Source of the DNA: Candidatus Baldrarchaeota archaeon
Lineage (GTDB): Archaea > Asgardarchaeota > Baldrarchaeia > Baldrarchaeales > DXJG01
Length of the DNA stretch: 32,000 nucleotides
Direction of reading: 5' to 3'
Assembly (NCBI GenBank): GCA_019056805.1
Contig: DXJG01000009.1
Coordinates: forward strand, 306,769 to 338,768
The notes below the pieces were generated by a model. It did no database searches. It saw nothing but the letters and a program-made list of their open reading frames with translations, and had not been told where the DNA came from. Below are positions 17,943-27,898 of this stretch, one piece after another (the stretch's first letter is position 1; every line of letters begins with the position of its first letter). The translations under genes and the position numbers were made by a program.

Positions 17943-19123
17943 CTTGTATTCTTATGGTTACCCCCTTTTTTTCTCCAGACCACGGAGGTATTGTTTATCA
18001 CGTAGAAAATATAGTAAAGAATCTGATTAAGAGAGACCATAAAATCATATTAATAACGCAAATTCTAGAATCGAAAAAATCGATAATAAAAGAGCAATCA
18101 AAAGAAAGTTCTAAATTGATAATCTATAGGATAAAGTCATTTAGTCCTCCGAGCTCTTTATATATTACCCTAAAAAGCTTTAGGATCCCTCAGATAAATG
18201 TATTCAAGCTTTTAGATAATATTGACAGGAAAAACAAAATTGATGTCGTACACGCTCATGGTCATCATTATCCTTTATCTTGGCTTGCACTTTATTGGGG
18301 TAAGAAAAGAAAAAGAAAAACAGTATTAACACTTCATGGAATGTATGCGCTTGATCCTCAAAAACCAGGTGGTAAAACTTATATTGAGGAACTCTTCAAC
18401 TATGTGATCTTTTCGAGAATATTAGCAAATACTACACATCTAATTGGATTAACAAAATCATTAGCTAGATACGCACTAAAATATACCCTAACATCCCCAA
18501 TCATTCATATAATTCCTAACGGGACGGACATCGATAAGTTCGAAAAAAATCTTGACAAAAAAGACTACTATAGAGAAAAATATGAGCTTCCAATAAATGC
18601 AAAAATAATACTTTACAGGGGGCGTTTTTCTCAAGTTAAAGGCTTACCAGAATATATAAGTGTAGTTAAGAAAATTGCACAAAGGAGAAAAAATTTGTTA
18701 TTTCTTTTTATAGGAGGAGGAGATCTTAAGCCTTTTATGCAAAAAACACTAAGAGAACTTGATAACGTGAGGTTGCTTGATTGGCAACCACCAGAGTTGA
18801 TCCATGAGCTGTACATTGCTTCTGATATATTTGTTTTGCCTTCTAGATGGGAAGCTCTTCCCATCACACTCATAGAAGCTATGGCTGCGCGGCTTTTTAT
18901 TATGACAACCCCTGTTGGAGGAATACCTGATATCTTAGAAAAATATGACAAAAAAATTTATGTACAACCTAAAAATCCGTTAGATTTGTATAAAAAACTA
19001 ACCCATGTTATCACTAATAAATTAGATGAAAAACAAATAAGTGAAAATTCTTTAAGAAAATACCTAGAAAAGTTTTCTTGGACTTTTATATCAGAAAAAA
19101 TAGAGCAAATATATTCTACATAG
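17939..19123 (+). CDS. GT4 glycosyltransferase
   Basis: HGGIVYHV, VHAHG, IIPNGTD, YRGRFSQVKG and PSRWEALPITLIEAMA motifs. ATGA overlap with the upstream gene. Confidence 0.92.
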   Translation: MTCILMVTPFFSPDHGGIVYHVENIVKNLIKRDHKIILITQILESKKSIIKEQSKESSKLIIYRIKSFSPPSSLYITLKSFRIPQINVFKLLDNIDRKNKIDVVHAHGHHYPLSWLALYWGKKRKRKTVLTLHGMYALDPQKPGGKTYIEELFNYVIFSRILANTTHLIGLTKSLARYALKYTLTSPIIHIIPNGTDIDKFEKNLDKKDYYREKYELPINAKIILYRGRFSQVKGLPEYISVVKKIAQRRKNLLFLFIGGGDLKPFMQKTLRELDNVRLLDWQPPELIHELYIASDIFVLPSRWEALPITLIEAMAARLFIMTTPVGGIPDILEKYDKKIYVQPKNPLDLYKKLTHVITNKLDEKQISENSLRKYLEKFSWTFISEKIEQIYST

Positions 19124-19174
19124 TTTGCTTAATAATTTAAAGAAGAAAGTAAAGCAAATGGGGTAAGATGATAG

Positions 19175-20281
19175 ATGATAAGGATACTCATAGTATCACC
19201 AAAATACCCCTCATATGAAAATAAACATGCATTTGGCTTCGTTCATGCAAGAGTTAAAGTTTATCTTAGCAAAGGTTTGCAAGTTAAAGTATACGTACCT
19301 AGTAATAAATTTTATAGATACACCTATGAGTCCGTGGAAGTTTATAAGGCTCCATATAAATACTTAAAAGAAATATTAAGTGATTTTGATCCAGATATAA
19401 TTTGTATTCATTCTCTAATACCCACAATGTTAAAAATAATAAACGCGGTTTCAAAACCAATAGTTGTATGGATTCACGGTGCTGAAGTCCTAATAAGATC
19501 ACTACATCACTATTATCCACCCTTTGGGTTTAAAAATACTACGATTAGGGTACTTAGTTTTCTTTATGACATATTTAGAAACACGCTTCTTAGAATATTG
19601 CTTCAAAAAGTAAACGCTATTATTTATGTTTCCCACTGGATGCAAAATATGGCTGAAAAGTACCTCTTATATCGTCACCCAAACTCCCATGTTATTCCTA
19701 ATCCAGTAGATACTAATTTATTTAAGCCATTCACAACAAATAAACAGAGAATTCCTTCATCTGGTGTCACAGTAAGAGCGCTAGAATGGAAGTACGGTAT
19801 AGATATAGCGACAAAAGCATTTTCGAATTTTAGAAAGAGTTCTCTTACAATTATAGGTCAAGGATCTCTTGAACCGTATTTAAGAAAATTAGCCAAGAAA
19901 TTAAACTCTAGTGTTAAATTTGTCACAAAAGGAGTTGACCATGAAAAATTACCAAGAATTTACAATGCTCATGGTTTTTTTGTGGCTCCTAGTCGTACAG
20001 AAGCTCAAGGTGTAGCGATGTGTGAAGCAATGGCGTCAGGTCTGCCTGTAATAGCAACAAATGTGGGAGGGATTCCAGAATTTGTGATCGACGGGCATAA
20101 CGGGTTATTAGTCCCTCCTGAAGACCCGTTAAGCCTAAGACGAGCTATTACAAGAATGATCTCTGATGAAGAATTATATTACGAATTAGCTAAAAACGCT
20201 AGAAATTTTGCTGTTAAGAACTTCTCTCACGAAGTAATATTTAACAGGGAACTTAAAATATTCAAGGAAATCATAAGTTAG
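19175..20281 (+). CDS. GT4 glycosyltransferase
   Basis: IPNPVDTNLF, KYGIDIA and PSRTEAQGVAMCEAMASGLPVIATNVGGIPE motifs. Confidence 0.92.
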   Translation: MIRILIVSPKYPSYENKHAFGFVHARVKVYLSKGLQVKVYVPSNKFYRYTYESVEVYKAPYKYLKEILSDFDPDIICIHSLIPTMLKIINAVSKPIVVWIHGAEVLIRSLHHYYPPFGFKNTTIRVLSFLYDIFRNTLLRILLQKVNAIIYVSHWMQNMAEKYLLYRHPNSHVIPNPVDTNLFKPFTTNKQRIPSSGVTVRALEWKYGIDIATKAFSNFRKSSLTIIGQGSLEPYLRKLAKKLNSSVKFVTKGVDHEKLPRIYNAHGFFVAPSRTEAQGVAMCEAMASGLPVIATNVGGIPEFVIDGHNGLLVPPEDPLSLRRAITRMISDEELYYELAKNARNFAVKNFSHEVIFNRELKIFKEIIS

Positions 20282-20418
20282 ACTCATGTGATATCGGATA
20301 ATACCATGTATTTCCAGGATTTTTGGAATTTTTAATAGTGAGCCTTTTACAATAACTTAAGGATATCAAGAGAAATAGTAACTAATTAAACCATACAAAA
20401 TTCAAAATTAATAAAACA

Positions 20419-21516
20419 TTATACACTAATTATTTTGCGGACTATTTTAACTATTCTTACACCAGCATCCCCATTACCGAACGGTGATTGCATCGGTAAT
20501 TTTGGTGTATTATCTATAATGTCCCTTAATTTACTTATAACCGTGGGGGGGTCAACACCAACTATGTGTGCAAACCCTTTTTCAACTGCCTCCGGTCTCT
20601 CTGTCGAAGTTCTTAATACTAACACTGGTTTACGAATTTCTGGAGCTGTTGCTTCTTCTTGTAATCCTCCCGAATCTGTTAATATTACCTTAGCATCCTT
20701 CATTAGTACTAAGAATTCAAAATATCCCAATGGTGGTAATAGTTGAAGGTGTGGCATGGATTGTACCTTATCAAACAATCTATACTGTTCCAGTCGTTTT
20801 TTCGTTCTAGGATGAATAGGGAATACCAATGAAATGGAAGATTTTTCGAGAATTTTGACAAATTTGCTCAACGTTATTGGATCATCTACGTTTTCTGCCC
20901 TATGAAAAGTAACTATGGCATATTCGTCAAATTTTATTTGGGTTATAATATCGGAGGCTTTTTTCAATGCTATCGGCAAATATTTTTTTATAGCGTCAAT
21001 AACTGTATTACCAGTAACAAAAATTTTACCCCACACGTGTTCTTCGAGTAAATTGTTTTTTGACTTTTCAGTTGGTGCAAATAGATAATCACTAACATGA
21101 TCGATCATTCTTCTGTTATGTTCTTCTGGCATTCTCCAATCATAACTTCTTAGTCCAGCTTCCACATGTCCTATTTTGATATTTTCCTTCAATGCTGTTA
21201 ATCCTGCAGCCAGCATGCTATTTGTATCGCCTTGTATAAGCATAATTTTGAATTGCTTTTTCGTTTGTTTAATTACTTTCTCTAGATTTATCATCATCTC
21301 TCCAATTTGTTGCGGTGGCGATTCTCCTTTTAATTCAAAACTGTAATGAGGTTTTGGTAATCCCAGTTCTTCTATGAAGACGCGACTCATTTCGTAGTCA
21401 TAGTGTTGCCTCGTATGCACAAAAACAAATTCTAATCCATTTTTTTCCAATTCTAAGATCACTGGAGCCATTTTAATTATTTCCGGCCTTGTTCCCACTA
21501 CTACGAGTATTGTCAT
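20419..21516 (-). CDS. wecB: UDP-N-acetylglucosamine 2-epimerase (non-hydrolysing)
   Basis: GTRPEIIKMAP, QGDTNS, HVEAGLRSYD, PEEHNR and TDSGGLQEEA motifs. GGTG RBS supports ATG at 21516. Confidence 0.95.
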   Translation of the reverse strand: MTILVVVGTRPEIIKMAPVILELEKNGLEFVFVHTRQHYDYEMSRVFIEELGLPKPHYSFELKGESPPQQIGEMMINLEKVIKQTKKQFKIMLIQGDTNSMLAAGLTALKENIKIGHVEAGLRSYDWRMPEEHNRRMIDHVSDYLFAPTEKSKNNLLEEHVWGKIFVTGNTVIDAIKKYLPIALKKASDIITQIKFDEYAIVTFHRAENVDDPITLSKFVKILEKSSISLVFPIHPRTKKRLEQYRLFDKVQSMPHLQLLPPLGYFEFLVLMKDAKVILTDSGGLQEEATAPEIRKPVLVLRTSTERPEAVEKGFAHIVGVDPPTVISKLRDIIDNTPKLPMQSPFGNGDAGVRIVKIVRKIISV

Positions 21517-22807
21517 TTTTGTTGCACCTTTTACAACCAATTCCGTAGTATATGAATCCCAGTTTTTTCGCTTTACGTAGATCTATTAGATGTCTGCAAT
21601 CAATAATTATTGGCTTGGCCATTTTGTCCTTAAGTTTACCAAGATCTATTTCCTTAAACTGCTCATGATCAGTCACAATTATGGTAACATATGCTCCCAT
21701 GATGGCTTCTTCCATAGAATTAGTTGAGATAGCTCCAAATGATTCCCTTGTATATGGATCATATGTGAAAACTTCATAACCCTTCTTAAGCAATTCCTTC
21801 ACTATAAATATAGCTGGACTCTCTCTAGTGTCACCAATATTACCCTTATACGCTACTCCCAGCACCGCGATCTTAGATTTCCTTGGTACATTATTTTCTT
21901 GTAAAACTTTTTCTATTAATGAAACAGTATATTGAGGCATAAATTCATTTATTGATCTACTAATCAGTATCAATTCTTTACCAAATAAATCATTAACAGA
22001 ATATACCAACATATAAGGATCTTTAGTCAAGCAGGAACCACCCACACCGGGTCCAGGTTTATGTATATTAACACGAGGATGTGTATTAGCTAACTCAATA
22101 GCTTCCCAAACATCTACGTCTAAACAATCAGCCATTAATGCCAAGAGATTGGCATATGCTATGTTCAAATCTCTAAATGTATTTTCGATAAGTTTTACAA
22201 ATTCCGCCGTAGTCGCATCAGTCTTGTAAAGTTTTTTATTTACAGTACTGTAGAGTTCATATGCCCTCTCCGTTGATTTAGGCCCAACACCACCTATTAT
22301 TCTCGGTTCGTTGGTTAATTCATATATGGCCTTTCCGGGCGCAATTCTTTCGGGTACGTGAGCCAGATAAAAGTCTTCTTCAACTCTTAAACCAGTTTCT
22401 TCAAGTTTATATTTTACAAAGGTTTTCGTTGTTCCCGGTGGTATGGTCGACTCAATAACTATTAGCTGCTTATCATGTAGTCCACACTTAACTAAGTTTA
22501 GCGCGGACTCAATGTATGTCAAGTCTGTTTTCCCCTCTTTGAATGGTGTTGGTACAGTTATTATTACTGCATCAGTATTTTCAACAACACAAGAACCATC
22601 ATTCGTAGCCTCTAATAAGCCTCTATTTACAACATCCTTTAACAATCCATCAAGACCAGGTTCATTAATATAGCTTATACCTTTATTTACCATTTCTACT
22701 TTTTGTGAATCAATATCAAAACCCACGACTCTTTTTCCTCTTGATGCAAATATAACAGCGGCAGGTAATCCCACACATCCTAATCCAATAACACCAATTG
22801 TATTCAT
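21473..22807 (-). CDS. wecC: UDP-N-acetyl-D-mannosamine dehydrogenase (nucleotide-sugar dehydrogenase)
   Basis: GLGCVGLP Rossmann motif, ESTIPPGTT, PERIAPG, KLIENTFRDLNIA, GPGVGGSCL and YKGNIGDTRESP. Adjacent to wecB. Confidence 0.88.
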   Translation of the reverse strand: MNTIGVIGLGCVGLPAAVIFASRGKRVVGFDIDSQKVEMVNKGISYINEPGLDGLLKDVVNRGLLEATNDGSCVVENTDAVIITVPTPFKEGKTDLTYIESALNLVKCGLHDKQLIVIESTIPPGTTKTFVKYKLEETGLRVEEDFYLAHVPERIAPGKAIYELTNEPRIIGGVGPKSTERAYELYSTVNKKLYKTDATTAEFVKLIENTFRDLNIAYANLLALMADCLDVDVWEAIELANTHPRVNIHKPGPGVGGSCLTKDPYMLVYSVNDLFGKELILISRSINEFMPQYTVSLIEKVLQENNVPRKSKIAVLGVAYKGNIGDTRESPAIFIVKELLKKGYEVFTYDPYTRESFGAISTNSMEEAIMGAYVTIIVTDHEQFKEIDLGKLKDKMAKPIIIDCRHLIDLRKAKKLGFIYYGIGCKRCNKNDNTRSSGNKAGNN

Positions 22808-22873
22808 AGTGCCACAACCTCAGTTGTTACTATAATAAATAGCTAAGAACCATAATAATTTTATTTTCCTGAA

Positions 22874-23197
22874 TTATTTTATTCCATCATTCACAAGTCT
22901 TTCTCTCCTTAATTCAAATATAACCGTACCACCTTTCGTATATGGCAAGCCAGGGTCAGGACATTGAACATACCCAGTATCATTATCTTCACCAATACCA
23001 AGTTCTTTCACTGATATTCCTTTAATAAATGGTATTAGTAGTGTCATCATAGAATTTAAGGCATGAATACATACTGGAACACATCGATTAGGTTTAATGT
23101 AGTATCCTTCTATTATAAATTCATCACTTTGTCTATAGCCCATGCCACATCTTCCTATGACCTTATGTACAATAATTTTAACTTTATGCTTCGTCAA
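22874..23197 (-). CDS. TIGR04076-like small Cys-rich protein
   Basis: V..V.GRC, CIHALNS and VQCPDP...GGTVIFELRR pattern recognised. GGAGG RBS, TTG start. Confidence 0.7.
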   Translation of the reverse strand: MTKHKVKIIVHKVIGRCGMGYRQSDEFIIEGYYIKPNRCVPVCIHALNSMMTLLIPFIKGISVKELGIGEDNDTGYVQCPDPGLPYTKGGTVIFELRRERLVNDGIK

Positions 23198-23485
23198 ACT
23201 ATGTCAATCCTCCTAAATTATATTTAACATAAATTTTTAAACAGTTCTATTTATTAGTATTAACAAATCTAATTCTTCATCCAAATTAGTTTCCTATCCG
23301 CGGACGCTTTCCAGATACACATATTTCATGGTATACAATAGATCTAGAAGCCAAAACAGAGATAAACCTACATCATCAAACATGGATAAGTCGCTGTCGA
23401 ATGACTCAAACCCCTTTTAATAACATTACACCTAAAATAAAGATCTATAGTAATAACACATATACCAAAGATTTCTAAATTTTCT

Positions 23486-24523
23486 TTATTGAGTACAACT
23501 GAAGTATTTACACTTTTTCACTACTACACTAAAACTGAATTTGAAAGTCTTATTAAAAATTCCTGTTAAGCATCCAACTATTCTTGCAAAATCTAAGATT
23601 AATATAATGATAGGAACTAAATGTAAAACCTTAAAATTTCTTAACTGTTTATTCTTTACTAGAGGTACCAATAAGTATCCTAAAATACAAATCAAAAGTG
23701 CTATCCAAATTTGTGGATATACAAATCCCAATATCAGCATTAATCCTCCAAGTGTATATCGTATAAAGAGTAGTCTGTAATTAAATAATAAACCTGCCTC
23801 ACCATTTCCTTTAGCATATAAATAATGTTGTTTAAAGACAGCTCTTAAATTTGGTCTTACTCTCCAATAAACTACAGCATGTGGTGCAAAAGCAAACTTG
23901 CAACCTGCTTTTTTTAAATTCAAGTCAAATAAAGTATCTTCAGCGGTATATAACCATTCAGGGTATCCACCAACTTTTTCCCAGCATTTTTTCTTAAATG
24001 CTACTGATCTACTTGACGGTAAAAACTTATCTGGATTTTTTAACACGTTTTCCAATTTTGGATAAGTTAATTCAGCTACACATTTCTCGAATTCGGTCCT
24101 TGCGTCGGCTTCGTACCATCCCGCCACTACATCCACGCTTGGATCTTCCTCAAATGGTCTAACTAAATTTTTCAGCCAGTCTTTATCTAATCGGCATCCG
24201 GCATCTGTTGATGCGATTATGTCATACTCTGCATTTTTGATAGCAATATTTCTTCCCTCTGCGATGTTTACACCGTTTTTAACAATTAATTTTATTGGAG
24301 CACCTTTTTCAATATAAGATTTTATAATTTCAACAGTTCTGTCTATAGACCCACCATCAACAATAATGATTTCATCTGGCGGTCTTGATTGAGATAATAA
24401 TGAGTCTAAGAATTCTTTAATGGAGGATTCTTCATTTTTTAGCGTGCAGATTAACGAAACTTTTATGTCTTTTATTTCTCCACACCCCACAATTTGAGAT
24501 ACGTGTTTGCAACCTTTTCCCAT
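23486..24523 (-). CDS. GT2 glycosyltransferase with C-terminal TM helices
   Basis: TLKNEE, IVDGGSID, STDAGC, GGYPE and AEDTLF motifs. The true start may be GTG at 24490. Confidence 0.9.
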   Translation of the reverse strand: MGKGCKHVSQIVGCGEIKDIKVSLICTLKNEESSIKEFLDSLLSQSRPPDEIIIVDGGSIDRTVEIIKSYIEKGAPIKLIVKNGVNIAEGRNIAIKNAEYDIIASTDAGCRLDKDWLKNLVRPFEEDPSVDVVAGWYEADARTEFEKCVAELTYPKLENVLKNPDKFLPSSRSVAFKKKCWEKVGGYPEWLYTAEDTLFDLNLKKAGCKFAFAPHAVVYWRVRPNLRAVFKQHYLYAKGNGEAGLLFNYRLLFIRYTLGGLMLILGFVYPQIWIALLICILGYLLVPLVKNKQLRNFKVLHLVPIIILILDFARIVGCLTGIFNKTFKFSFSVVVKKCKYFSCTQ

Positions 24524-26376
24524 GTCTGTTCTTTTGCGAAACGATATGCGTTTTTAATTTTTTCTTCCGCTTTTTTCGGATTTTTATAGTAGTACACAAT
24601 TTTCTCTGCTAATTCTTTAGGAGATGACACTATAATCATCATGTCCTTTGAATTTGGGATTAAAGTTAAATAATCTTTTTTTAACTCATTTTCAAACACG
24701 CTGAACACCAATCTTTTATTAATCATCGCTTCTAATATCGCAAGATACCCAGAAACAAAAGCAAATTTACCTTTTATCAAGTAATCAATTGGATTCTCAA
24801 CAAAACCATGAAGTCTAATATTTAATTTATTTTCTCTTATGATCTTTTCAATAATTTCTCGCAGACTTCCATCCCCACAAACATCCACCTCAAGATTAAT
24901 ATTGTATTTCCTTTTTAGAATTTTAACAGCGCTTATGTACGTCAAAATTCCTGTATCTCTTTCTAACCTTCCAATAAAAACTGCAGAGATTTTAGAATTC
25001 ATAATATTACCTGTATGTTTTGGTTCATCTACACCGCCGTACACAACAAAATTAGGTTTTGTACCATACCATTTTGCAATAAAACCACCAACGCAAATAT
25101 TTCCGTTTGTTAACCTCTCAGCAATTTTTCTCATTATTTTTTTTGTTCTTGGGATTGGCAATGACCCTTCATGACCATGAAATGTAATATATACTGGTTT
25201 TAACGGATACAAAAATCTAAAGGGTAGATACCAAAAAATGAAAGTGTGAGAATCGTGACAATGAATAATATCTGCATTTTTAATGAGATTTCTATGTCTA
25301 AACACCCAAAACCATATATTTAACAATCTTTTTTTAGGGAATCTGTAAATTTTTATTTTGTTTAGCTGTTCGAATTCTGGTAAATTTTGGTCGTGCTTTA
25401 CAGTAACTATTGTGACTTTGTGCTTTTTCTTAATCAACTCTTCGGATAATCGTTGTACATGCCTTTCTACACCACCTATATGTGGATAGAAAAATGGGGC
25501 AAACATCAGGACTTTCTTATTTGATTTTTTTTTACATTGGATTAGTAAGTTAGCAGGTTTAAATCTGCTAGGAAATAACCTAGATAATAATGGCGAAAAA
25601 TATGCAGTTCTGGATGCAGGCCAAATTTTTTTAACTTTTTTTATCAAAAATCCAGCTAATTTTAATTCGGAGAGAACGAGTTTTGGAGTATAAGAGCGGA
25701 CATGCCCGTTTGGATTTATTAAAGAGTTACATACTGGGCATTTGAAAGTATAAGCTTCAAGATTTTCGTAAAGAGGTACGGACACTATAAGTACACCAGA
25801 ATTTTTTAATACTCTTCGTACCTCGTTTAGTACTCCAAACAAATTTGTTGCAGGAATATGTTCTAATATCTCTAGTAGGAGAACTACATCAAAAGAGTTA
25901 TCTGGCCACGGGAGATTTTCAGCCGAACCAACGCGGAAGTCGCCATCAAGTTTTTGTTTAATGTTCTGGATCGCTTTACTAGAAATATCTATCCCAGCTA
26001 AAGATAGATGAGGAAACTTTTTATGTAGCTCTTCTATCACAAAACCGTATCCAACACCAATATCGAGAACATTAGATGCAGTAGATGGAAATAGTTTAAT
26101 GGTTTCTCTTATTCTTTTCTGGGTTGTCTTATTTTCTTCCTCTACTGATTTATGATATTCGACATAAAAATTCCACATATCAGCGGAATTTATATCCTTC
26201 AAAGATGCAAAATCTTGAGAATACGTCTTTTTTAAATTTATTAAATCTGATTTTTCGGCTAGCTTTTGTCTCAGTTTTTCTACTTTGAATGGGTTGCCCT
26301 TGCAAGAATCACAAATTAACCCCTCAGAAATTTCTCCAAGACTTTTTGAGCCACAGATCATACAATAATTTGGCAT
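24472..26376 (-). CDS. Fusion of class I SAM-dependent methyltransferase and GT4 glycosyltransferase
   Basis: N-terminal CMIC...CDSC; methyltransferase motifs VLDIGVGYG, GIDIS, LPWPDNSFDVV and EILEHI; then GT4 motifs IGGVERHV, IHCHD and FIGRLERDTG. Confidence 0.88.
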   Translation of the reverse strand: MPNYCMICGSKSLGEISEGLICDSCKGNPFKVEKLRQKLAEKSDLINLKKTYSQDFASLKDINSADMWNFYVEYHKSVEEENKTTQKRIRETIKLFPSTASNVLDIGVGYGFVIEELHKKFPHLSLAGIDISSKAIQNIKQKLDGDFRVGSAENLPWPDNSFDVVLLLEILEHIPATNLFGVLNEVRRVLKNSGVLIVSVPLYENLEAYTFKCPVCNSLINPNGHVRSYTPKLVLSELKLAGFLIKKVKKIWPASRTAYFSPLLSRLFPSRFKPANLLIQCKKKSNKKVLMFAPFFYPHIGGVERHVQRLSEELIKKKHKVTIVTVKHDQNLPEFEQLNKIKIYRFPKKRLLNIWFWVFRHRNLIKNADIIHCHDSHTFIFWYLPFRFLYPLKPVYITFHGHEGSLPIPRTKKIMRKIAERLTNGNICVGGFIAKWYGTKPNFVVYGGVDEPKHTGNIMNSKISAVFIGRLERDTGILTYISAVKILKRKYNINLEVDVCGDGSLREIIEKIIRENKLNIRLHGFVENPIDYLIKGKFAFVSGYLAILEAMINKRLVFSVFENELKKDYLTLIPNSKDMMIIVSSPKELAEKIVYYYKNPKKAEEKIKNAYRFAKEQTWEKVANTYLKLWGVEK

Positions 26377-26380
26377 CTCA

Positions 26381-27577
26381 TCACCTCAATAGCTTTACTA
26401 GAAAGTTATTATTCAGTTTTGCTCTTTTTTTTAAATAAGCCATTTTTTCTTTTATTTCTTTTTTATATCTTTTTCGGCATATCCATAACGCTGATAATTT
26501 ATATAGTAATTCTTCAATATTAATATCTTCATTTTTCCTATGTATTCCTTCACCAATACCAACAGCCCACTTCTTTTGCCCAATTTGTTCCAAAAAACAC
26601 TCAACTTTGTGGTGGTACATAATTCCAAGTACTGGTACGTTCATTCTTGTAGCAAGAATAAGTGAGTGTAATCTCATTCCGATAATCATGTCCATTCGAC
26701 CAATAATACCCATCATTTCTTGTGGAGTATATTCTCCAGTAATAATTTTGACTCTGTCCTTGTTTTCTACATTTTTTATCAACTCGGATGCAAAGTCCCT
26801 ATCTGTTGGGATTTGCATTGGTATAAAAATAACATTTGCATCTAGTTTCGAAATGATGAAATCTACTACCTTTGGCCATACATTTTTAAATTTTAAGAAT
26901 TTCTTCTGTTGATTTGGCCAATATTTCTGAATGTGAAATATTGGCGATATTGCTATCCCAACTAAAGGTTTACTGGAATCTATACGTTCTTCTTTCAATA
27001 TTTTACTTATTCTATCAGGTTTTACTGGTTCTAGTAGAATTGCTGGATCTGCCGTAACGTATATCCTTTTTTTCACACCTGCACTTTCTAGCCACTCTTT
27101 AGATTTTTCGTCACGTACAGTGATTATGTCAGCACATCTGTTAAGAATTATTCTCGTTAAGAACCTGCCAATTTTGGTTATTATTGGCCCAGCACCAATA
27201 GCATAAAGCATAACTTTTTTACCAAACATTTTTGCTAACATAACTTGTCCTAACCATTGTAAAATAACAGTCCAAGATTGCCAGTCACTTAGAAAACCAC
27301 CACCACCAAGAATAAACACGTCAGACGTTCTAATAGCATTAACAGTCTCAAAAAGTCTTTTACGCAAGGCTAATGAACACAAAGATAAAATATCAAAATA
27401 CATTAACGGAACAGCCACCACATCATGAACTTTTGAGGTGTATGCAGGGTCGCTCGATAAAACGATAATTTCAACATCTTTAAATTCATCCCTTATTGTT
27501 TTTATCATTGACGCTAAAATCACCTCATCACCCGTGTTTTTATAACCATACCAACCTGAAATAACGATTCTGAACAC
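26381..27577 (-). CDS. Polysaccharide pyruvyl transferase family protein (CsaB-like)
   Basis: SGWYGYKNTGDE, ILGGGGFL, AIGAGP, TVRDEKS, TADPA and IGMRLHSLI motifs. GTG start. Confidence 0.9.
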   Translation of the reverse strand: MFRIVISGWYGYKNTGDEVILASMIKTIRDEFKDVEIIVLSSDPAYTSKVHDVVAVPLMYFDILSLCSLALRKRLFETVNAIRTSDVFILGGGGFLSDWQSWTVILQWLGQVMLAKMFGKKVMLYAIGAGPIITKIGRFLTRIILNRCADIITVRDEKSKEWLESAGVKKRIYVTADPAILLEPVKPDRISKILKEERIDSSKPLVGIAISPIFHIQKYWPNQQKKFLKFKNVWPKVVDFIISKLDANVIFIPMQIPTDRDFASELIKNVENKDRVKIITGEYTPQEMMGIIGRMDMIIGMRLHSLILATRMNVPVLGIMYHHKVECFLEQIGQKKWAVGIGEGIHRKNEDINIEELLYKLSALWICRKRYKKEIKEKMAYLKKRAKLNNNFLVKLLR

Positions 27578-27898
27578 AGTTTACACCCTACGTTTTTATT
27601 TTACAATGTATATCCAAAGTAGAAATAACAACCAAAAAATTTATCTCTTATTACCTAAGTAACAAGACTAAAAAGAAGAGAACAATACCAAAATTTTAAA
27701 AATTAAAAACAATAACTAACAAAATATACTTCAAAGAATGCCCCAAAACTTCTTCAACTTCTTCTATCATCCAAATCAAACTTCGAAAAAGCAGAAAAAC
27801 AAAGTCATAGAAATCAGAACCCTAAACACCAAGCATATTTTCACTTTAAGGATAAATTTTATGAGTATGAAATCCTGTAAAAATCTAAGTGATCAAAG

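Noticed and set aside
22775-22795. wecC GLGCVG instead of the usual GLGYVG as a sign of inactivation
   Set aside because: The glycine pattern and catalytic Lys/Cys motifs are intact, and a single substitution is not evidence of lost function.
27578-27898. Possible glycosyltransferase C-terminal remnant on the minus strand, and track ORF 27738-27983(+)
   Set aside because: The resemblance is vague and needs frameshifts, so it is not supportable without a search.
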